From the NCBI GenBank assembly GCA_900088475.1, contig FLMG01000761.1:1-64000 (forward strand): a DNA stretch of 64,000 bases. The letters run 5' to 3'. A program made the position numbers and the translations under genes. Below the pieces are notes generated by a model that was not told where the DNA came from, searched no databases, and saw only the letters and a list, made by a program, of their open reading frames with translations. This document shows positions 37,646 to 53,000 of this stretch, piece after piece (within the stretch, counting starts at the first letter, position 1; every line of letters begins with the position of its first letter). The DNA is from Hyphochytrium catenoides. Taxonomy: Eukaryota; Protista; Hyphochytriomycota.

Positions 37646-38003
37646 TTTTCTATACACATTATTGAACAAGGAATCGCCCAAACAATGGACTTTCTCGCTC
37701 TTCGCAATGAGGTGCTCTCGCCCTGCCTCTTACTTCGGTCTTCTTCCTGCGTACTCGACTATCCTTGGCTAGCTCTCCAGCATTTTCAGTACGCCCACCT
37801 CCATCACCTCGTGCTCACCTTGTATCCCTGGTGCCCTCGAGTTTCCTTCGAAGAACCGAAGCCTAACCCCCGTCGGCCCACACTTTCCTTAAGATGCAAG
37901 CTAAGGGTTAACTAAACAGGGTACCCGCTGCTTTATGCGGTCAAAAGGCGAAGTAAGGCTTAGCTCCCTCGTGCTCTCCGATCTACGGCCTAAAGCCCTT
38001 CTG

Positions 38004-41000
38004 CTATTGGGAGCTCAACCGGAGAGAAGGGAGACCAAAGAGGATGGGATTGTACTTCACGCGATTCTTGATGACCTTTGCGGTCTTCCTTTGACCAGTC
38101 GGCGCTGTCGCCTTTCTCCCTCCTGCTACTGTTTGAGAGATGGCAGAAAGGGATGAAACTGGGCGATCTCCTGGCAGTTTGACAGCTAGAGGAGGCACAT
38201 CAGACGCGTCTCCGGCACCCTCTTGAAAACTCTTTTCCGGCCTTTGCCCGTCCGATCTTTCCCCTCCTACTCCGCCGCCTGCCCCACTGGGTGGTACTTC
38301 AACTATTGAGCTATGGTGGCCAAAATCCATGGTAGCCTTGTGAACTGCTTGTCCTATGGGTCCCTGCCCAAACATGCGTGCCAAAAGGCGTTGGAGAAAG
38401 ACTCGATTAGCATAGAGCGAGCTCCCAAAACTGTTCGTGACTATGCTCTTGGCCCCCGAGAGAGAGAGTAGAATGGAGAGGGTTAGAGGGGATTCGAGAA
38501 GAAGCTGTTGGTTGGTCTTCTGGGCCTTTGTCTTGTTGAACCTCCTCCAGCTGGCGTCGTTATGCGCCTGGTCAATCACTATCACTGTATTACAGCCATT
38601 GCAATCTACCCCTGCGGGTAAAGAACACTTAGAGGATCGAGCGTATTGTCATCATGCAAAAGAGAAGGCTAAGGACGCGAGCGAAGCGCTAAAGAAGGTC
38701 CCAATGAGGTGATGCCATCTGTTGGTACATGATCCAGTGCCAGAGGACGGTGCCTTGCCGTAAGAGCGTCTTGAGAGCAGCAAAACGGGATGGGAGGCTT
38801 ACCAGTGACTGCTGACGGAGAGAAAGCGGCGAGACAGCTGTCGAGACCGTAGAAAAGTAGCCCACCGCCACTTCTGCTCCCTAGCAATTGCTGAAACTCC
38901 TCCTCTCGCGGAGTGCGACTGCCTCCGCTTAATCCTTCCCAGTCAGCATTTAGCTTCTTCAGCAGCGTACGTAAGGTACCAACCAGGCTGCTTTTGGAGC
39001 TAAGGTGAGGAGTAGATGATATATTTCGTTAGTGAAGAGGCGCTGAGGGGAGAGAACGAAGTGTATGTTGATCATGGTCTGAGGATGGAAACAGGATGCA
39101 GATGTATATGTCTTTGGGCATAAAGTGCAGGTCAGACTCGAGGTAAAAGACGTGTGAATAGGAGGTTTTTCAATGGGAGACACAGTATCTAAGAGCGTCA
39201 TCCATTCTTACTTCTCCTGCGGTCCCTCATCTTCGTTATAAGGGTCAACGATGTAAGCCATGTTGGCTGATCTTACTATGGGCTCGCTTCCAAGAGAAGA
39301 GAGCCGATTGTGGAGCATGTGAACAGAAAAATCCCTAGTAGAAGGAACCAAGAGTCAATGACTAGGGGAGTCCAACAAGGACTTCAGAGTAGTAGAAGGA
39401 GGAAAAGGAGATGACAAATATCGCGGAGAAAGACTCTATCAACAGGGCTCCGCGCCAAGATGCAACCGCTATAGTGGTGTTTGGCAAGCAATATGGGGCA
39501 CAGTCGCATGGGCATAATTTTTGGCTAGCCATGTGAGGTTAGTCCATTGGAGCGGTCGGTTACCTAGAGATCCCCTTGCAGTTCTCAAGAATCGGCAGGA
39601 CTTGTACTGGCAACTCAATTATTCTGGGGTCCAGCAACAGAACGACGTTCCCCTTCTCCATCGCTGACAAGCCCGTTGCGAACTGCGAATCCGACAACAA
39701 CTGCTCCGTAAGGTGAGAACGATGAATGAGTGAATTGTCCATGAGCTATGTGTGAGAAGGTGGTGTTTGCAGGAAACGAAGATGAATCTCTAATATCAGG
39801 CAAAAACGGCACTGAATGGAAAGTCAATCAGAGAAGAGGCGTGGAGGAAGAAGTAAGGGAAGCTTAGCGCAAAGGCATGGAAGAAGTTTTGCCAGGAAAC
39901 TACCTCCCCAAATAGGCTCTTGATGGCGGCGATAATCTTATTGAACTCGTTCTCTGACTCATCGGGAATGTATCCCGTTCTTTCTCTATCCTCTCCAGCC
40001 GAGATGAAGTCCGCCTCGTCCCCTTGCTCATGCGAGAGTTGCAAAAGGATACGCGGACATGAGAGACAAAAGGCTCTCCACTCCTTGAGAAGCGCGAAGA
40101 GACGGAAGCGGAAATCATTGTCTAGCTTCCGACGAGAGAGCACAGCTTTTTTCCTTCGGGACGAATCCGCCCATAGAAGACCGCCATACAACCATCTATA
40201 GGCAAAAGGTCAATTAGATCAGTGCGAGAGAGAGAGGGGAGACGGTGAGCCACGGAAGCTTGGAAGGTTGAGAATTCATAGCAACAACTTCCCTGCTATT
40301 AATTGGTACAGAAGGTAAAAAATAGTAAGAAGTAGAAAGGAGAGCTACAATGACCGAGGAAGAGACCCAAACAGACGGCTAAAGGATAGCATCTGCAGCA
40401 CAAATAGCTCCATAGGGGAGGCTGAAGTGAATAAGTGAAAGAGTAGAGGAAGATCCAGAAGGAAAGGAGAGCAGAATTGGGTCATGAACCTAATGTCTGG
40501 ATCCATCTGGACGACAAGCACTGATAGGTCTGGCGGAAGACTTTTGACCAGGTTTCGAGGGTCAGCAGAACAATCCAGTCGCTTCCAAGCGTGAAAGTGC
40601 TGCTCGAGGAAGTGGTTCACCGCCTATCATTAGAGTTAGAGGTGTTAGAATTAACAGCTAACAGAACGAGCGTGGCGGCAACAACTTCAACGCTAGATCA
40701 AGTGTTTGCGGAACGCTAGATAAAGTGATCACGGGAAGCGGATCTAACAATTCATCTTCTGAGGGAAAGGTACACAGCGTCAAGGGATCTACCTAGTGGC
40801 GTTAGGAGGGAATGGTACTGGAAGAATGGACGTTCAGAGTCATAAGAGGAGCGTGATCAAACCTTAAGCTGAGGTGAGTTCGAGTTCTCTCTTAAGAGAA
40901 AATCTCGCTGCTGCAGAAGTAATCTGGCTCTGTTTGAAGGGAGAGCGCTTTCTCTCCACACTTTCAGCATCATTTCTCGTGATGCACAGCTTTGGTGCCA

Positions 41001-44000
41001 TAGGAGGAAGGAGAGAGAGACAAGAGGAGTGGTGGATCCCACACCCTCCACCATTTCAAGAGATAGCTCCGCCAGGGCCTCCCAGTTCTTTGAAGTTAGA
41101 GCCTCCTTCAAGGATTCTTCAAGTGCTGAGAGAATATCCTGGGAGGCAGGAGGCCCAACGTTGTGTTCTTCTCCAGTTTCTTCCTTCCTTGACAAATCTA
41201 TGATGTGTAAAGGAGAGGAGAGAGAAAGAAAAAAAGGAGCCAGAGATACGGGAAGAGAGAGAGTTGCAAGAACTGTAAGATACGAGCAAGGACTGCACGC
41301 AATAGAAGCAACTGTGCAGAGCCAAGTGTAAGTTCTCATTCTCCTATATCTACATACTCTCCTCCTTGATACTTGCAGAATGACTTCGACCTACCATTAT
41401 CAGCAACAGCATTTTCAGGAGTCGAACCAACTGCGCCGGCAAAAGCTCCCGTTGCCTCACCTTGTGACGCTGACGACACTGCGCTTTCCGTTGGAAGAAT
41501 CGATGGGTTTGGTTCCAAGCCTGGAATGGATGGACAAAGAACCGCAGACGAGCTCATTAGTGGAAAAGGAGAGGAGCTCGTCAACTCTATCTTCGATAAG
41601 CCCAGTAAATGATATAGAAGGAGTTATGGGGGATATTAGGGGAGGGAGGCCGATGATAGCTTGGATATTTCTGCAGAACGGTGTCCCTGTTCTTACCTTT
41701 ACTGTCCTGACTTCTGTCTTCACCGCCTCCTGCACCTGCACTGAAAGAGTTTCTCCCTGGGCGAGGATGGAGGTGGCTGGAAGACTGAGGGCGGACACTC
41801 ACTTGCTCCCAGACGTCTCTGAGCTGACCTCCCTTAATGAGGGCATAGCGCATACATCTGGCCCGCAAGATAGAGCAAGATAACGACAGCTGTGGCGAGA
41901 AGTGTACTAAGCTCTCCGAGACTTCAAGGACATCCCTAGCATCGCCAAGCAGTGACCCTTTTAGTTCTTGGACCTCTGGTAGATTCCCAAGCTCGGAGTC
42001 GGCAGACGTTGACGTTTGTCGAAGCCACTGGTCTACGATGTCCGCATCTGTACGATAGGTAGAAGGTTAGAATAGCCAAAATATTTGTAGGGAGAGCTCG
42101 GTGGTTTAGAGCATATGAAAAACCTCAATATGACTGGCTTACCCTTTCCTAGCACAGCAAGAATCGGGACTTCCTTGATCTCCACGGCTAGCTCGAGAGC
42201 TGTAGACATGGACAGAGAATGAGGCTGACTATCTAGTACCAAGCACATCTAGGCCCATGTGGTTCTCCAGGTCCCTCAATCCTCGACTCCATCCCCGTCT
42301 CCAATGGTGAGTGGAGTCTCCTTATTTCAGTTTACTTCTCGCCCCTTCCCCCACTGACACCTTTTCTCTAGAACCCTATCCGTGTATTGTCATGACATCT
42401 TTGTCTTGCCAATTTCTATCACCCTGATCTCTTTTTCAATAAGCCTGGAGCCCCTTATTTTTTTCCCTTTCTCTCCTCCGGCAACGTTTCTACGAGTGCT
42501 ACCTTTTCGAGCTATATCTCTCTTGATGGCTCCCAGCAGAAGAGCGCTGGGCATGTTCCTCTGCAGCCCTCCCTGGTCCCATTGTCGGATGTCCACCTCC
42601 ACAGCTTTTTCTGCAGACTGGAGGAGGTCCAATGCGTCCACAAGGGCGTGTACTGGGGAAACGAAGATACACAATGTGAGCCTCAAGAGGTAACAAGGAG
42701 CAGAAAGAGAGTGCGCAAGAGAGCACGTGTCACAAAAGAGAGCGCTGACTTCACTGGCGGCGTACCGTAAGCTGCAGTCTCAGGGCCGTGGCAATATCTG
42801 GAACTCGTAGTCATGGCCTCGGATAGAAGAAGAGCCACTGGAGCAAGTTCTAAGGGACAGCGTAGGGGCTCTAAGAGCCTAACGGACTATTATGAAAAAG
42901 GGAGAGTAAGATGTGAGGAGAGCGGCTAGAGACTGCTAACAGATGTAAAATGGCATGTTACCAATCACAAGCGCGTGTAAGCAGGACTGGCTAGGATCTC
43001 TTTCTACTTAGCAAAGTGAACATGAACTCTTTCTTTTCTTGCCCTCTCTAGCTAAGTCATCTAACTCTTTGGAGGCTCAATCGCTTTTCCTGGGTTCTCC
43101 CTTGTCGCCTCCTTTTCTTACCTCCTTCAAGGCTTCCAGAATAGGATCCCAAGCGATACTTGTGATCCTCCTCTGCAAATCCTCCTCCAGCCTTCGCATC
43201 AATATTTCACCTTTGAATGAGAGCAGCCGTCCTTGCACTAGAGTGGCCTCAATGTATCTGCCGGCGGTTGTTCTTCTTGATCTTTCGGTCCCTGCACTCA
43301 TCCCTCTTGAGCCCGTCTGCACAGAAAATGAGGAAAGCTGCCCAACTGCATGCAGTGCATCATCTATCGCCTGCGCACGAAAGATTAATAACTTTTTTCA
43401 AGTTGTTCCGCCCTATTCATAAATTGCAGAAAGGAGACTGGACTAAGTTGAGGACGGTCAAGAGATCAATGTACTCTTCTGTGCGCATGAGCACATAGGG
43501 TTCTGCAATTGTAGGGGGAATACGACAGGGTAGCGATGGTAGGGCGTCGTTGAACCTAGAAGGGAGAAAGAAGAGCAAACGACCGTATTTGCACCTTAAT
43601 TGCTTCCTGGACTTTGCTGCTCGCAAGGAGTATCTCGACGAGGAGTCGGACATACTTCTCCCACCACAGAACTTCAACGGGCTGACTTTCTAGGCCGGCA
43701 AGGATCATCTCAAGCGCGTCTGTTGGACCCGAGGCCCCCAATGCAGATGGAAGGAAAGTGTCAGAAATGGTTAGACTACAGTCCCTAAGGGATAGGACGT
43801 CCCAGGGCCTTCTGTCGATACTTCTCTTTATCGACTTCATAAACTCCCTTTGCTCCTGGTGTCACGACCCTTAAATCACTTGGCTACGCTTTACCTGGAT
43901 AATTTCCCTCCTGATAGAGAAGAGATGCCTCCAGGTACTGGCTCCGAGAGGTTCCGGTCAAGTCCTTGAACGCTCGATTATGTCGCATTGCAGGGGCCAG

Positions 44001-47000
44001 AAGTTGCTTCGCGGCACCATGATGGCCCTCTTTAATGCAGAGCTCTGACAAAAGAAGCTGGAGGGCAAGAGAATACACGTAGGTAATAGGGATCGAAAAG
44101 GATGAGGGTCAAAGGCCCGGTACGAGTAATTAGGACTAAACGAGAGGAGAAATGCTATGAAGGAGCACGGAACCCGAGCCGTTGCGCCCAACGGCAAACA
44201 CAAGATATTAAGGGCAGCGGAGTTGGAAGGAACAAGCGAAGATCTGCAAGGAAAGATCACGGAAAGGCCTGGCCTAAGAAGGGCCAGATCAAGTAGGAGG
44301 GAGAGAGAACTAAGAGAGAGAAGTACGCCCAGAACATAGTGCAATTGAGTCTTTAGGTGAAGCTCACCCAGATATCGCGCGCAGCGACTTCGCGGAGGAC
44401 ATGCCGATGGCGGGATCCTGATGCTTTTGTCATCGGCTGGGCCTTCCCTTTGTTCCTTCCAGGGGCCTATCAAAAGTGAACAGCAAGACGGCGACGAATC
44501 GTATCAGCTACGAGAAAGAAAGGGACAGGGCAATGTCGATGGCCCCTCTTGCCGCCCTTCCCTTCGATAGGTCTTTGAACTTATCTCTAAACTCATGGGT
44601 GAAAATGGAGGGCGGAAGGGCAGTAAGAAAGGCCACTGACGGTCCCTTTGAGACAAAGCGCCAGACGTATGGAAAGGATACTGACTCGAAACGAGCAGGC
44701 TACAGGTGAAGATAAGAGGTTGGCCTTACCGCTCCTCCAACAGAGGTCTTTAAAGGTGGGTCTTCACCTAATCCAAGTTCTAGTTGCTGTTCTTGGCGTT
44801 CTACCTCGCCATTAAATGCCGCGGCAGCACTGGCTGGAAGGCCCAATGCACCTTAACGCCAGGGGGCCGGGAGGGGTGGGCCATAATGTGACGGAAAATG
44901 CGAGAATCGAGGATGAAGAGCTTAGCTCATTGTAGTTCAGTTCGCCACTCAGACCCATTCCTCTTATAGCTGAGTTTGTCACTCTCTCTTACTTCTCTCA
45001 TCCCAAGAAGGTTTCTTCATACTTCATTCATTCTTCCTTCGTCTAAATGGGTTTGTTATCACAATCCTCTTAACATACCTCCAGCCTCTCTAAACTTCGC
45101 GGCTTCCTCAGGCAGTTGCATCTTAGATAATATCCTTGCTGCCTTGTGATTGCAGTACGAAGAGAGCTGAGAGGAAAGAGAAGGAAGAAGGACAGCTTTG
45201 CCTATTATGTCGGTAAGGCGGAGCGCAGGGAGAGAGAAGAGAGACAGACCCTGTTCCTCCAAAGTGTGCGCAGTCTTCAGTAGGTAATGGATTGTGAGAG
45301 AAGGCTTAGTGAGGGACGTTGAGTTGAGAGTGAATAATGTATCCTCTCGTTCCTTGTCAGCACCAGTACTAGAGCTGATAAGAGATGGAGGTGATGAGGA
45401 GGACAAAGGCAGCAGCACGGCCTCCAGCTCACGGGACACAAAGTTCCCATTTACCTAGAAAGAAGGGAGACAGATTTAATAGAGAGAAAATTGAAAAGAG
45501 ATAGCGCAGACTCTGAGCACAGCGGTCGAGACCCTCAAGTACAGTGTCTGCGTGTTATCTATCTTTATCTCCTCCATGTTGCCCTTGCTCGGGCCCCAGT
45601 CCCAAGGACACCCACTCCCAAGGACACCCACTCTCTATTCCCTGACCAGTTTGCCTTGATTTGGCGTTTCTCCTTACCCACTCTCTCTTGTCCATAGAAA
45701 CATGTAGGCTTGCGGCCGACTGCTCTCTAGCCCAATCGGCATACGATAGAGCTTTTTTGGCCTCTTCCGTTAGTTTCTCGTAGTCTCTTCGTAAGGTCCC
45801 GTCGACAGCGGTAGAGGCTGCAAGTTGCAGCATTTCTATCATGTAACCTAAGCTTATAAGGCAGCGACGGCTTCTCTCCTGCGTAAGAAAGAGAGAGTGC
45901 CAACGCATGACAGAGGGTGACATGAGCGTTAGGAAGCGCTGAAGGAGACACTGGTTAAAGGGACAAAGGGGTGGGGAGTGCCGAACGGGTTACCTCATAA
46001 TCCTCCGCCGTGAGCGCATACATTGCGTAGAGTCTTCCGAGGCGCTCATAGTGAGGGACGTTAAGGATCTCAGCCAACTTCTCAGGATCCTGATGACGCT
46101 TCGTACGCCTCGAAGTGGAGAGTTTAGTCCCTACATCGGCGAAAAAACGTTATTCTACACTTCAGACAGACTGAAGAACTGAACAAAGGAGGTTGAACAG
46201 CAAGGTCACGGTAGAGACGGACGACTAAAGATGCGTGACAGACATAGCGATTAGGGACCGTGAGACCACCAAAGGCCTTAGGGAGAAGGGCGAGAGAAAA
46301 GGTTAGCTTAGAAACCCGCAAAGTGATAAAAGTCGGATCAAGCCTCAGGATTATTGCCTCCGAAAGCAACGAGCTATGCAAACATTCAAATGAGAAGTGA
46401 TTACCTTTGGTTCTGTTAGAGTTGCGGGACGCTACGGAAGGTGCAGCACTTACTCGATCGCTGAACTCTCCTTCAGTCGATGGCTGGGGTATACCATAGA
46501 TATCGCAAGAAGTAAACGTAAGACAGCTATTCGTAAGAGTTGATGGCAAGACTCAGAGAGTCACAAGCTCACCCTTAGGTCTACAATGGCCTGAACGGCC
46601 TCTTGAATCACATTGTCAACATCGTGGGCAGGAAAATCGTTGGAGTACATCCACTCGGCTATCTCTATGAGGAGGTCAACCCTCCCGATTGGCGGGCCAG
46701 GGCGAAGGACTTCCAGAGCTTGCAAGTATGCAGACAGCTGCTCGGCAAGGCCCGGAGAGGAGCGAGCGAGAGTCACCCATACACGAGCCTGTACGAAAAG
46801 GTTACGACATGTGAGAGCGACACAGAAGGAAGAACACAGTATCAAGGAGTATGCCGGTAATGGTCAGGAGCACTAAGAGGGAGCAATGGACGCCTAGAAA
46901 CGGGCAGAGGACTAGTGGGGATGTAAGAGGACCTCAAAATACAAAGCAACCGTGGAGGCACCCCTTATACACTTCTCCGAAGAGAGTAGTGACCAGTCAA

Positions 47001-50000
47001 TCATCTTGTAAGGAAGATGCTACAAGTGTAAAGCATGAAGACCGAAAAAGGTGCATAACAAAGAAACGCTAACCTGGAGCGTCGGGTTTGACTCCTTCAT
47101 CTTGGTTATCCCGTCCAGTACGCTTAAACCCTAACAAGCAGCAGGTGCTAAGAATTGTGGCCCCACAAACCCGCATCCAACTTCGCTTCTAGATATCAAA
47201 AGCCATGCAAGCACTATGTCTCCCTCTCTGTACCGTGTTGATTAGTATACTCTTTGCAAGAGCTCACCAGTTTGCTCATAAAGAGTACTTTCCACTTCCA
47301 CAGAGGCTTCTGCCATTGTGATGGTATCTGCCGGAAAGCGTTCTCCACCACCCTCAATCCTTCCTCAGATAACCCTGGGAAAAAATAGCTTAGACTTTAG
47401 ATTCGCAGAAACAGAAGAAAACCGGAGAGAAAAACCAGCCCACGGGAGGCCATATCACCGCTCGTTGAGTCCAGGGGAAGAAAGACCGCTAGAGCGAAAC
47501 GGTAGGGCGAGACAGGCGACAACTAAGTCCTGGAAGAGCAAGGACCTGTCCTGCAAGCTAGCGCTGCCAGCTCCATGCTTACCCTGGTCGTTGCATATCT
47601 CGCATAGCACACAATAGAGGGGGACCTGGATCTCATGCTTCTTCCTCTCTTTTACTGACTCCAGCCCCTTTAGCAGAGAAACGACCTAGCAAAGCGTACG
47701 TTGAGTGAGATCTGATAATGTTCTAACATAAAGGATAGATAACCTGTTCCCGGCAACATTTTGCTCTTCTAGGCTCTCACTTTCATCAGAAGTCAATACC
47801 TATCCCAAGCTTGAAGCCCATTCTCTCTTTCTCGTCCCACGATTCGCCTAACTGACATCGTCTAAGTGCGGCTTCACTCTATTCATGTTCACCCTTACAT
47901 GCTTCTTGAGCAGCATTCTAGTCGATGGAGAGCTCAAGAGTGGAAGAGAGACGTTCCAGAATCTTTTCAACGCATCCATCATGACGACTCCATGCTGGCT
48001 CTTGGAGGCAAAGGAACAAGCGACCGAGAAGTGGGAAAGAGAGGACAGGCGCAGCTCATCCTGAAGAGATTTCTCCTGTCCACTAGTGATGAGGACTAAG
48101 TTCCGTGGTTATCCGTGGTTATCAGAACAGTAGCAACGGAGAAAGAAAGAAGGGGAAGTTAGACATGTGAAAAAGGAACGGTCAAGCAGTGATCTACGGC
48201 CAACCTTCAATGGCTTGGCCACAGAGGCATTCCGCGATTGAAAACCACCGCCAAATCTGAGCAGAGAGTGCTTCCCTCTGTTCTTGGCTCTCAGGGAGAT
48301 AGGAAAGGAGCAGAAGGCAGGTCGATTGCGCCATTCGGCTCAAGCCTAGATCAAGAATAGACAGCGGAAGACATAATGAACATCATACAGCTCGCCCATT
48401 AAGAGTTTTTCACCTCAGAACGCTAGGATGGCGAGTGACGGCGGTACTGCTGGTTCATAGTGCAGGAATACTGCAGATTTGTCGACCAACCAAAAGTTTT
48501 GAAAGTGTTGGGGAAGGCGACGGAGCATACGACGAAAGTAAAGGAGCAACGGAACACAGGCAAATAATCTCGAGAGGAAAGAAGGCAGAACACTCTGGAA
48601 CCTCCGCCCGTCACCTGACTTCAGGGCCGCTTCTGCTACTTGGCAGAGAGTTTGGCCGAGAACTTCCAGTTGTTCGTTGCCATCACGATCTATCAGAGAA
48701 TAGAAAGCAGACGTTAACCCCATTGCCATCTCCCTTTTAATACTATCTCACGCTACAGTCGAGGCACAACTCATAAGAAGCCGTAACAAATAGAAGAAGT
48801 CAAACAATAAGACAATCGTGCATAGCAAGTAGCCAAGGGGAGATTTCAGGTTTCCTTACTCTTCTTGCTAGTGGCGAGCTTTATTATGTCCTGCAGTGCT
48901 TGACGCCTGGCTTCTCCGTTGAGACTTGCCGCTGTTTGATGGTAGACTTCCAACAAGACTAGAGCCCGCAGAGACTCTTGAGGAGGAAGAGACAGAGATT
49001 TGGGTGGAATACCTAAAAGAAAGCATACGATATGTAAGACTTTGGAGGTACTAGCCGTCAAAACAATGCCGGATCTTTGTACGTCCAAATGAAGGGAAAG
49101 GTGGGCGGAGCTGGGTCTGAAAGGCTGTTTGACGAGAATGGGACGGTTAAGACCAAAATACTGAGTCCAAGAAAGACTGCTTAGAGTGTGACCGCTCAGA
49201 CAGAGCGACGATCTGTCAGCGCTTACCTGCTTTAAGTTCAGCCCTGGCTCTCTTGATCACCAAGCCCCTAAGGGAAAGTGAAGGATCGGATCCGACGGCA
49301 TCCTTTAGGAGTTCCCTTGCCCTTTCTCCTTTTCCGTCTTCCTCAAGTAAAGTTGTCACAGCATCCACATATTGCGAGACCAGAAGACGATGAGCCGAGC
49401 CTACGGAACGAAGTGCGAGGAGTGTTCGCTCCAGGGTGTCCTTCAGCTGAAGAGTGGCCAATAACTGATGTTAGAGGCAGAAAGGAAAGAACAAAGAGAG
49501 CATTCTAAATAGGGGCCCAGTAGAGGGATTAGCAAGTGGAGTGAACGGGAGGATCTTGTAAAAAGATTGGCGTCAATGAGGGAGTGTCGCACAGAACACG
49601 AAAGAGCCAGATATCTATATGAACTTTCTTAGTCGGTGACACGAGCTCCGAAACCTGAAGGGAGAAGTGGAGACTACGTGGGCAGAGGCAGAAGTCTCAA
49701 TCGGCAGCAGGGAAAGGTTTGAAAACTGTCTAATTCAGGGAAAACCGAAGACTCGTACCTCAACTATCATGAACTTCACAAAGTCTCTCTTCATAAGGTG
49801 AAGGTGATAATTCCATATATATATCGCTGCGTTCTCTACCAGCCACTTTTCCTTCTCCCTTTCACCAATGTCCCTTGCCCCGGAAAGTAGGGCCAAGACC
49901 TTTTTCTTGAGGTCTTGCAACTCCTCCTCAACTCCGTCTACGGCCACACCCAGTGCGCGAGTGTCAAAGGGTAGCCTGCATCGGTTAGGAACGGAGGGAA

Positions 50001-53000
50001 GTGGGACCAAGTGAAATTGAGTGAGAGAAAGATAGGATGACGAGACTTTTGAGACCAATAGACCAAGGAATTCCCGGATGGACGAGAAGGCAGAAGCTGA
50101 ACAAGGTTATTCAAGAGAAAAAATTGGACTAGCCAATCATCAAGACACGGCAGCATGTGATGAAAGTGGATTGCAATAGATTAGTAGAGGGAAGTGACGA
50201 TGAATGAATTGCACTGGCTGCTAAAGCAGAGATTATGTAGCTTACCTTTCTCCGTTTAAGGTTGGCGCAAGCACGTTTGTGTTATATTTGGCGACCTCTC
50301 CCGCGTAGTATTCTGCTAAGATAAGCTGCGCCTCTCCTTGGGAAATAAGGAATGGCCTGAAGCTCCCTCCTCCACGCTCCCCACTTTTTCCTACTCCCCG
50401 CCATTCGCCCCCTAGTATAAGAGCCGCAGCCCTGAGTACTAGAGGAGATGCGCGGATGGCCCAGGAAAGTTTACAGATGTCGCTGCAAAGAGACATCCGC
50501 AGCTTCTGCCTGGGGGTTGGAAGATTCCTATCCCAAAAAGTGTCAGGGTAATGGTGAAGAATAGGACCAAAGAGCAGGCACAGTACACATTCTGCTTTAA
50601 AATACTCTCTCATCCTTATTCCCTCATCCGCCAACGGATCCCTTTTCCCCACCTGTCAGTTGTGAATACGCCTGCGCTAGCGCTATTAGGAACGGTTGTT
50701 TTCTTTTCTGCTTCCTCTCTGTTTTCCTCCTTCTCCATGACAAGACCTTGATCAATAAGCCCCAAGGCCCGAGATAAAAGCGACATCTTCAGGTTGCTAT
50801 TAAAATACGAGGGAAGGGAAGCAGAACGGGTTAGGGAGGGGCAGTAGGAACGTGAGGTTCCTAAGGATTGACTGAGCGCGTTACTGAATCCTCACGATGA
50901 GGAAAGGTGAACTTGAGCTAAGTCCATTGCACGTTCTGGGACTGCAAGAAAATGAAGGAAGAACAATGAATCTGACACAGAGAGAGAGAGTAAGTAGTGA
51001 AGTGCGAAACCTGTCCTTAGCAGTCTTCGCTTGTTCGACAAGTAGTAAGGCCTGCTCCTCCAAGGACTCCGGGTCCTTATAGAGATTCAATTTCAGCTCG
51101 AGAACAGTCGCCAATGGTAACAGGAACCTAATAAAGATATAGGGACGCGGATGAAGATGAAAATGATTAGGCGGCATGGAGATGGAGCTGAAAACAAAGA
51201 GAAAGAACAAGAAGGTGAAAGCCGACGGACAATAGCTTTGAAGGCTGGAAAGTATCGAAGAAGATCAATGAAAAGGGAAGAGGACTTTTCAATGATTACT
51301 TTCAGGCCCTTTAGTTGAAAGAACACAAGCACAGGTTGAGGTTCACATAGGTTACTTGAATATCTGCCCACAATTGCGCATACTATCTCATCTCTTTGCT
51401 TCTTATAAGGTCGTCGTCCTTACCTATCCAAGGGCCTCCTTTCCTCATTATTGGCCGTGCTGACCTCAGGTGGCATCGTCCGCTCTACCTCCTCAGGCGT
51501 GGCAGAGACTGCCTTGCAGTCACGAGGGATAACAACCTTTCCATAATCTAAAGCCAGACTCTTGTTCACCTAATAGACGGGCGTTGACATCAGGCGGGAG
51601 AGCCATAAGAGACAGTGACATTAGGAACACTGTTAGTCGAGGCTGTAAGTAAGCACGTAGATAATCACAACCCAACGCAGGAGAATTTGACACAATAGTG
51701 GCGAGGCTCACCTCTGGTCTTGCTTTTACGAGGTAGTCCTCCGCCATTTCGCACTTGGCAAGCTCGAAGTGTAATTGAGCTCGCAGTTGGAGCAAAGGGG
51801 AAGCCATGTCATCCAATAGTGTGATAGCCGCTGAGTAGTTCACCGAAGGGGAGAGCAGGAGAAGGTAATTGAACAGCGGAAGTGGAACGAGTAGACGAAA
51901 TGCGGCCATTAGCTCTAATTTATAGTCAAGTCCATATAGAGGACGCTAAGGAAAGTCAAAGATAAGCAGAAAATGCCATGCTACAGACAGAGCACTAGTG
52001 GGAAAGGAGACAAATCGAACACGAAGTGGAAGAGCTTTATCCTACTCTGAAATGCTCTATGGACGTGCTTTCTCAGCTGGCCTGTCAGGAGCGGTAGAGA
52101 GATGTTCCAGAGAAAGACGCTCGCTTGTTGCACAAGCATCTGGCTGCTGACATTCTTTGCTGCGGTAAGCGATCTGTTGCAGTAAAGTTAGCTTCCATAT
52201 ATCAGAATTAGGCTATGCTAGTGGCGAGCCTCCCTCAGAAAGAGACAAGGGAAGCACGAGATGCCTTTACCGTTCCAGGAGCTTTACGGCCTCAACAGTG
52301 TTCATGATCTTCTGTTTCTCTATCTCCACCTCTGACATGGTTGGATCCGGCGACTCTGCGGAACACCCGAGAAAGAAAGATGGTTGCATAGTTAACAAAG
52401 CAGTAAGAAATAGCTAATGGTCAAGAGTGCACAGGGGGTTCAACCTAAGGCGGAGACAAATCAAGGAGCTGGGCACTATGCTCGCTTGGATCTTGCCCTA
52501 TACTTTTAAGGAATCAGTGAACTCTAGTAGAAGCTTTAGCTTACCATGCATCTTACTAAGCATCAAGGCCTTTAAGCAGTCTAACTTTATGCTGCAAAGC
52601 TTTGACCTGCAGGAAAAGGAGATAAGTGAGTCCAGTATAAGGCGCAAATTGAATGGCATGACGCGTAGAGAAGCCTTGCTGGTAGGACGTGGTAGATGAA
52701 CATGCAGAGGTTTTCGGGTCCAAGCGAAGAACTGGAAGGATTGCGGACTAACCAAAGCTGCAACTACTGTGCCTTGAGAACGACTTACCTCGACTTGCTC
52801 GCCTGTACCCTCTTTTGGCACTCTTCTCCAAGGGAAATGAAGCCGTGGAAGGCAGCTAATAGGCCTACTTCCGCTATTAGGTCTACTTCTTCTTTACCTC
52901 CTCCTCTCTTAGCGACAGAGCTATCCAGTTCGGTCCCTTCGGAGGGCTCAATTACCTTTACAAAGAGTGATGAGGCGGTAAATGAATATAGTGGCAACAG